From: an uncultured Eubacteriales bacterium
GTDB taxonomy: Bacteria; Bacillota; Sulfobacillia; Fermentithermobacillales; Fermentithermobacillaceae
Length of the DNA: 44,349 bases
Reading direction: 5' to 3'
Assembly (NCBI GenBank): GCA_964565305.1
Contig: CAZMEF010000001.1
Span: 363 to 44,711, forward strand
Below the pieces are notes generated by a model that was given only the letters and a program-made list of their open reading frames with translations, was not told the DNA's origin and ran no database searches. This document shows positions 38,689 through 44,349 of this stretch, piece after piece. The translations under genes and the position numbers were made by a program. Each line of letters begins with the position of its first letter. Position 1 is the stretch's first letter.

Positions 38689-40115
38689 TGACCGACACCC
38701 ACTTTCACTTTGCGAAACCTCGCCGGCGAAGCGCCGTGTCCAACGTGCGCCACCTGTACGGGTTCGCCCTTCGCGCAGTTGGGCATGCCATAAATATGCC
38801 ATTCGTCCTTCTTGGCAACGGCGTCGCACGAATTCCAGAATTCGGGCGTTATGCCCGTATGCGCCGGGTTCTTGAGCATCCTTCCGAGGCAGCCGTCCTT
38901 GATCTCGTAGGCTACCTCCTGGCCAAAGTGGAAGTTCCACCGTTTGTCGTCCAAGCTCCAGCTCTTGGGGGTCTCCACATACACGCCTTTAGACGTGTCC
39001 TTGATTATCTCGTCCAGACTCCAATCGCCTGGCTCGAGGTTAATATTGGTCATCCTGACGAGAGGGATGTTCTGCCACCCCACGGCCCGCATGGTGCCGT
39101 TCGATTCTTGCTCGAACTTGGACGCAAGCTCGCGGGACGTCAGATAGTCGACGAACATCCCGTCGACAACAAGATCCGTCCTCTGCGCCTCTACCCCTTC
39201 GTCGTCAAAGGCAAAACTCCCAAGCCCTCCGGGCGCCGTGGCGTCCGCCACCATATGCACTTCCTCTGAGCCGTAACGGAAACTGCCCTTCTTGTCGGGC
39301 GTGAGGAAAGAAGTCCCGGCGAACGTGGCCTCCTGACCCAATACCCGGTCCAATTCCACGGGATGGCCGCACGATTCGTGGATCTGTAAGGCTACCATTT
39401 CCGCGCCCATCACGAGATCTGTGACCCCGCCCGGACACGGCGGTGCATCCAGCAAAGCCACCGCTTCGCGTCCAAGCCGTTCGGCCCGGCCCGGCAGGTC
39501 CAAGTCCCGGATGAACTCGTAACCCGCGCCTGCGTAGTCCGCAAAAGACCGGCTTTGGACCTCGTTCTCTGCCCTTGCGGCGACAGAGATCGAGGCCCCC
39601 GAATGTATTAACGTCTGCTCGATCTGGCGCCCGTCGGTCGACATGAACTGCTTTTCCTCTTTGTAGGTCAGCATCGAAGCGGTAGCCCTAGACACACCGG
39701 GTATTCTCTTCGCCGCGTCGAGGGCGTCTTGCAAAGTGGCGACCTTATCCTCTGTCTTGACGGATAGAGGGTCGATTCTGTGGGGCGTCTGGTATCGCGC
39801 CCGTATGGGGGCCATCGGAGACAGGGTGACCCCGTCTCCGATCTTATGTCTCGCGGATGCGGCCGCGATCCTGACCGCCTCGTCCGCGGTCTTTTCGATG
39901 CTGCGTGGATCAAGGTACGGGGTGGCGGCGAAACCCCATCCCCCATCCATGAGAACGCGCAAGCCCAGCCCCACGCTCCTTCGGGATGACGTGTCGGCCG
40001 CGCCGTCCGTAGACAGGCTCACAGGAGCCTCAGTAGTCGCAACGTAGCGAGCGTCGGCGTACTCCGCGCCCATCTTTTGAGCAAGACCCAAGACTCGCTC
40101 CAATTCGCTAAGCAC
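38685..40115 (-). CDS. tldD: TldD-family metalloprotease
   Basis: 476 aa. Contains the metal-binding HESCGHPVE (HExxxH) and the conserved C-terminal GxC motif region. Confidence 0.9.
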   Translation of the reverse strand: MLSELERVLGLAQKMGAEYADARYVATTEAPVSLSTDGAADTSSRRSVGLGLRVLMDGGWGFAATPYLDPRSIEKTADEAVRIAAASARHKIGDGVTLSPMAPIRARYQTPHRIDPLSVKTEDKVATLQDALDAAKRIPGVSRATASMLTYKEEKQFMSTDGRQIEQTLIHSGASISVAARAENEVQSRSFADYAGAGYEFIRDLDLPGRAERLGREAVALLDAPPCPGGVTDLVMGAEMVALQIHESCGHPVELDRVLGQEATFAGTSFLTPDKKGSFRYGSEEVHMVADATAPGGLGSFAFDDEGVEAQRTDLVVDGMFVDYLTSRELASKFEQESNGTMRAVGWQNIPLVRMTNINLEPGDWSLDEIIKDTSKGVYVETPKSWSLDDKRWNFHFGQEVAYEIKDGCLGRMLKNPAHTGITPEFWNSCDAVAKKDEWHIYGMPNCAKGEPVQVAHVGHGASPARFRKVKVGVGQ

Positions 40116-40134
40116 GTCTTTGCCCCTTCTTCCT

Positions 40135-41130
40135 TTAGAACTCGAGCGGGCTTTCGCAGAGCGCCACTGTTAACTTGACGCACTCCTCGATATCGGAAAG
40201 GTCGACCATCTCACACGGGCTGTGAATGTACCGGCAAGGAATCGAGATGACGCCGGCCGGAACCCCTGCCTTTGTCATCTGAATGGCCCCGCTATCCGTA
40301 CCTCCCGCTTCCAGCACTTCCATCTGATACTTGATGCCCTTTTCGATCGCTACCTTCACCATGTATTCCTTCAGCGCCGGGGTGCAAAAAAGGCTCGAAT
40401 CTTTCACCTTGATCGCGGCGCCCCCACCCAAGGAGACTTCCATGGTGATGCCCTTTGGCGTGTCGCCCGTCCGGGTCACGTCGAGGGCGATGCCCACATC
40501 CGGTTCGATGCCGAAGGCAGCGACCCTGGCCCCTCTTAGCCCAACTTCCTCTTGCGTGGTGAAAACAGCGTAAACGTCGTGCGCTACCTTTCCGAGTCGC
40601 TTCAAAGCCTCGATAATCACGGCGCACGCCGCCCTGTCGTCGAGAGCCTTGGCCACAAACCGGTCGCCGAGATCCAACGCGGGCTGGTAGAACGCCGCTG
40701 CGTCTCCCACGCCGACCTTGGCGGATGCTTCCTCCTTGCCTTTTGCGCCGATATCCACAAAGAGCTTCTCGGTCTTCATGTCTTTCGGATCCTCTACCCT
40801 GTCGGAACCGATAACCCCAAACGTGCCGTTCTCAAAATAGACCCGCTGACCGAGGGACACAAACGGATTGACTCCCCCGATAGTGCCGTACCGCAAGAAA
40901 CCGTCCTTATCGACATGGGTCACCATCAGGCCGATCTCATCCATATGCCCATCGAGCAAAATCTTCTTGCCCCCGCCCGTTCCTTTCTTCAGGCAGATGA
41001 GGTTCCCCAAGGCGTCAACCCTGATCTCGTCGACGTAGGGTTCAACCTCTTTCCTGATGGCCTCGCGGATGATTTTCTCGGAACCTGACGGCCCGTAGGC
41101 CTCGGTTAGTTTGGTGAGAAGTGTCTTCAC
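40135..41130 (-). CDS. M42-family (TET/FrvX/CelM-like) aminopeptidase, paralogue 1
   Basis: 331 aa. GPSGSE, GHMDEIGLMV, ALDDRAACAV, TTQEEVGLRGA and IPCRYIHSP motifs. The GTG start overlaps the paralogue 2 stop (GTGA). Confidence 0.9.
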   Translation of the reverse strand: MKTLLTKLTEAYGPSGSEKIIREAIRKEVEPYVDEIRVDALGNLICLKKGTGGGKKILLDGHMDEIGLMVTHVDKDGFLRYGTIGGVNPFVSLGQRVYFENGTFGVIGSDRVEDPKDMKTEKLFVDIGAKGKEEASAKVGVGDAAAFYQPALDLGDRFVAKALDDRAACAVIIEALKRLGKVAHDVYAVFTTQEEVGLRGARVAAFGIEPDVGIALDVTRTGDTPKGITMEVSLGGGAAIKVKDSSLFCTPALKEYMVKVAIEKGIKYQMEVLEAGGTDSGAIQMTKAGVPAGVISIPCRYIHSPCEMVDLSDIEECVKLTVALCESPLEF

Positions 41131-42143
41131 GGTCTAAACCCTCCTTCAACGCTCTTCAGGAAGCAAGCCACCAGTTCTCGGGCGGCATTGAAATCGCCTT
41201 CGGAAATCAGGGAGAAAGGCGAGTGGATGTAGCGACAAGGCACCGATACCGAAGCCACAGGGCACCCCGATCTGGCAAGGTGAATGACGCCGGCGTCGTT
41301 GCCTCCCGACGTCGCCTCCCGGAACTGGAACGGGATTCCGTTCTCTTCGGCAAGGCGGACTAATTCCCGCAGCATACCCTTGTGCGCGATCGATCCTCTA
41401 TCCATAACCGAAAGGACCGCCCCCGCGCCAAGCCTGGTCGCCTGTCCCTCCGGATCTGTCCCCGGGATATCGGCGCACACCGTTCCCTCAATCGCGATGC
41501 CCAAATCCGGGGCCACGTCATAAGCGGCTATCCGCGCGCCTCTTAACCCCAACTCTTCTTGAACGGCGAACACAGCGTACAAGCGGATCTTCTGCCAGTC
41601 CTCTTTGAGGAGTCACAGCAAGATCGCGCAGCCCACTCTGTCGTCGAAAGCTTTCGCCTTCAACACTCCGGGGGACAACTCTTCGAACTCGGTGTCAAAG
41701 ACGATAAAATCGCCGAGTTTGACCTTGCTTTCGGCTTCCTCCCTGCATTTGGCCCCGATATCTATGGTTAGCTGCTCCAAAGGTATCACGGCTTCGCGCT
41801 CTTTCCGTTCCTGCAGGTGAATGGCTTTGGCCCCGATAACCCCGGGGACCTTGTCCTTGCCGACAAGCACCCGCTTGGAAGCGAGCACGGCCGCCGGCAC
41901 GCCGATGCTGTAAAAGCGCAAGAAACCGCTCTTCTCTATGTACGACACCAAAAGGCCGACCTCGTCCATGTGGGCGTCCACCAGAACCTTTGGGCCGGCA
42001 TCGCCTTTGTGAGCGATGATGTTGCCCATCGTGTCGGTCTTGTACGATACTCCCATGGAATCCAGCTCGCGCTTAATCGCGCTTCTGACTTCCCCTTCGT
42101 GTCCCGAGACGCCGGACAAAGAAGTGAGTTCCTTCAGTTCCAT
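41127..42143 (-). pseudogene. M42-family aminopeptidase, paralogue 2, interrupted by a single in-frame TGA (41613-41615)
   Basis: The ATG at 42143 (GAAGGAG 8 nt upstream) gives MELKELTSLSGVSGHEGEV...AHMDEVGLLV...AFDDRVGCAILL, then TGA. The same frame continues LLKEDWQKIRLYAVFAVQEELGLRGA...VPCRYIHSP to the stop at 41127. There are no other lesions. Confidence 0.8.
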
Positions 42144-43207
42144 GTGCTCAACTCCTTCACGAAGGCCCTGTCGCAGGAAGCGATGAATTTGGCGAGAACC
42201 CTTCCGGATTTCTCCACATCTCCTATAGACAGGGTCTCCACTGAAGTGTGCATATAGCGGAGAGGAATGGATACGAGCCCGGTCGCCACCCCGGACCCTG
42301 TCACCTGCATTGCCCACGCGTCGGTGCCTGTGGGCCCCGGCGCCACCTCCGGTTGAAACGCGATGCCGAGCTCTCCGGCGGCTTTGACCAAAGCCTCGTA
42401 GATCTTGGGGTGGATGTTGCCGCCCATGCATATGGCCGGTCCTTTGCCCATCTGGGTAGTTTTCCACTCCGGTACGCCCGGCGTTTCGGCGTGGCAGACG
42501 TCGATCGCGATACCAATGTCGGGCTTGATCCCGTAGGTCCCCACTATGGCGCCTTGGAAGCCGGCCTCTTCCTGCGTGGTCGCCACGGGATATACATCCG
42601 CCTCAACTTTGTACTTCTTCAGCTCTTCCATGCAGACCAGGATGACGCCGACTCCGGCCCGATCATCCATGGATTTGCCCGAAAGGACATCCCCCATCAG
42701 CTCCGAGACTTGTCGCTTGTATGTAACAGTATCGCCTACCGTGACAAGGTCCCTAACTTCTGCTTCCGGTAGCCCCACGTCGATAAAAAGCTCCTCCATC
42801 TTCTGTGCCTTCATTGCATTCTCAGGCGGGATCAGGTGGGGAGGCTTCACCCCGATGAGCCCTACGAGGGGCTTTCTGCCGTACACTATCACTTCGTGCC
42901 CGGGGAGCACTCTTGGATCGACGCCGAGGCCCGTGAACCGCAGGAACCCTCTTTCCTCGATTTTCTTGACCATAAGCCCGACCTCATCCATGTGTCCCGC
43001 CAACATGATTTTGGGCCGCACCGCATCGCCTTCGCCTTTCTTGAAGCCGATCACATTGCCGAGAACGTCGTGGCGAATCTCATCGACGAGCCCGCGGAGA
43101 GATTCCTCCATGACATCTCTCGCGTTCAAGAACTCGTAACCGGAGACCCCATGCGCCATTGAAGCCTTTTTTAGAAACTCCTTGATGTTAAGACTCAGAA
43201 CCGACAC
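42134..43207 (-). CDS. M42-family aminopeptidase, paralogue 3
   Basis: 357 aa. GVSGYE, GHMDEVGLMV, SMDDRAGVGV, TTQEEAGFQGA and IPLRYMHTS motifs. The exact start is uncertain: the GTG at 43207 directly abuts AGGAGG. Confidence 0.9.
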   Translation of the reverse strand: MSVLSLNIKEFLKKASMAHGVSGYEFLNARDVMEESLRGLVDEIRHDVLGNVIGFKKGEGDAVRPKIMLAGHMDEVGLMVKKIEERGFLRFTGLGVDPRVLPGHEVIVYGRKPLVGLIGVKPPHLIPPENAMKAQKMEELFIDVGLPEAEVRDLVTVGDTVTYKRQVSELMGDVLSGKSMDDRAGVGVILVCMEELKKYKVEADVYPVATTQEEAGFQGAIVGTYGIKPDIGIAIDVCHAETPGVPEWKTTQMGKGPAICMGGNIHPKIYEALVKAAGELGIAFQPEVAPGPTGTDAWAMQVTGSGVATGLVSIPLRYMHTSVETLSIGDVEKSGRVLAKFIASCDRAFVKELSTWN

Positions 43208-43297
43208 CTCCTGTACCGAAAGAACTTCCGTCGTATATCATTCTTCCGCGCGCCATCGGATCCTGCCCGGATTCGGGTTATGCCCAAAAGAGAGCGT

Positions 43298-44349
43298 TCA
43301 TCCGGCAAGCACAACCTGGCACCCGGTCTCTTCCGTGAATAGCTTGTGACTCACCCCCTCAAGGTCCCTTCCCCAGGGGTCAAAGGCCCGGCCGGGCAAC
43401 GTCACTGTTCCCGGCGGCGTTTCGCTCTTTGCGAAGTTTCGAAACGCGGACAAAAAGTCCTTGACAGTCAGAAGTCCCGCAGCCTGAATGTTGCCTCCAA
43501 AATAGCGGCTGCGGACCTGCACGACCCTTCCTGCAAGCCCCCGGCTTTCCAAAGCGGACTGGATCAGCGGTCGCGCAAGCGATGAAGTCAAGATCAGCGG
43601 AGGGGTTGGTCTGCCGAAACCCGCTCTAAACGTCCACTCGGCGAACTTCCGGGAATCCAGGTCTTCGTATACAACAAACCCAGGGGATGTCCGACGGGGC
43701 TTTGCGAGGGCGACCTGAATCTCGGCTCCGTCCCTAAGAAGAGTCAGACGTGGGTTCTCTCGTTCCTTTGCCAGACCGAAAGCATCCTGTCGCGACCACA
43801 CCTCCACCCCGGCGACTTTAGTTATGACGTCACCGCGCTTCATTCCCACCGCCGACGCCGGGCTCTCATCTAGCACGGCCTCAACCCGGGCGATCATATC
43901 GCGCAACTCCGGGGGCTCAAAAAGCACGGGGATCCCCAGCCGCTCCATGACCGTCACTGCAAAACGCCGCAGTTCCGGCCAGGTGGCTGAAGTCATCCGG
44001 GATGAAAGCGGATGGAGAGAAGAAAATCCGGGCGCCAACAACCGGATGGTGAGGGCGCCGGCTTCTTTGAGAAACCTGCACGTCTCCTCGATGTCATCCC
44101 ACCCGGAGAGAAAAGGCAGGGCGACGATGCTGCCGTCGAACCTGACCGTGTCCTTAAGGGCAAGTATGTTTTCAAGGGTGGCATCGGGATTGCTATCGCC
44201 CATGATCTCTTGTCGCTTGGATACGGTGTTAAGCGACACCATTAACTCGATGCCCAGTTCCCCCAGCCTGCGAGATACTTCCGGGTATAGGAGCGAGCCG
44301 TTGGTCGTCACTTTTACCGGCCTTTGTGGGTACGCCTCCCGAACCCTGG
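43298..44349 (-). CDS. Radical SAM / PDZ / DUF512 protein (5' end beyond window)
   Basis: The frame stays open to the window edge. A radical-SAM barrel segment is followed by a PDZ-like segment (SPASAVGMKRGDVITKVAGVEV) and the DUF512 hallmark YFGGNIQAAGLLTVKDF. Confidence 0.7.
   Translation of the reverse strand, partial: RVREAYPQRPVKVTTNGSLLYPEVSRRLGELGIELMVSLNTVSKRQEIMGDSNPDATLENILALKDTVRFDGSIVALPFLSGWDDIEETCRFLKEAGALTIRLLAPGFSSLHPLSSRMTSATWPELRRFAVTVMERLGIPVLFEPPELRDMIARVEAVLDESPASAVGMKRGDVITKVAGVEVWSRQDAFGLAKERENPRLTLLRDGAEIQVALAKPRRTSPGFVVYEDLDSRKFAEWTFRAGFGRPTPPLILTSSLARPLIQSALESRGLAGRVVQVRSRYFGGNIQAAGLLTVKDFLSAFRNFAKSETPPGTVTLPGRAFDPWGRDLEGVSHKLFTEETGCQVVLAG

Noticed and set aside
41598-41612. 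Small hairpin (CUCCUC-AAA-GAGGA) immediately after the in-frame UGA of M42 paralogue 2, considered as a SECIS element for selenocysteine
   Set aside because: It has only 5 bp with a 3-nt loop, far smaller than bacterial SECIS elements, and lacks the usual apical-loop features. The stop aligns with Glu in paralogue 1 (Val/Cys region in paralogue 3), not with a catalytic Cys. Nonsense mutation or sequencing error is more parsimonious.

Overview
This 44.3-kb window is densely packed and mostly minus-strand. It looks like a housekeeping region of a moderately high-GC anaerobe with Clostridia/Synergistota-like gene content; taxonomy cannot be fixed from sequence alone.

Gene order, left to right:
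- A visibly AT-richer accessory remnant at 1-1129: the ParE/RelE toxin start, a Phd/YefM antitoxin, a frameshifted C-terminal fragment of a large serine recombinase, and an orphan Imm-5-like putative immunity gene.
- rlmD-murB-gatBAC-ligA-pcrA on the minus strand.
- A divergent plus-strand pair: an XPB/Ssl2-type helicase translationally coupled to a 521-aa p52/Tfb2-like partner.
- A long morphogenesis operon on the minus strand: DUF4321-maf-radC-mreBCD-mrdA-minCDE-rodA-rseC-like.
- An rnf operon that reads rnfC-D-E-A-B with no rnfG.
- rpoN, preceded by a TPR protein and a P-loop/Asp23 fusion protein.
- A plus-strand Rrf2(IscR-like)-nifS-nifU operon, followed by a large SH3b-repeat Amidase_3 protein.
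- A polysaccharide deacetylase, tldD-pmbA, three tandem M42 aminopeptidase paralogues (the middle one carries one in-frame TGA), and a 5'-truncated radical SAM/PDZ/DUF512 gene.

I saw no rRNA, tRNA or CRISPR array.

The most interesting item is the XPB plus p52-like two-gene module, which resembles a minimal TFIIH-core pair. Secondary items are the rnfG-less rnf operon with a displaced RseC-like gene, the P-loop/Asp23 fusion upstream of rpoN, and the single in-frame TGA in an otherwise intact M42 peptidase.

All functional calls rest on motif recognition by eye, not on database searches.
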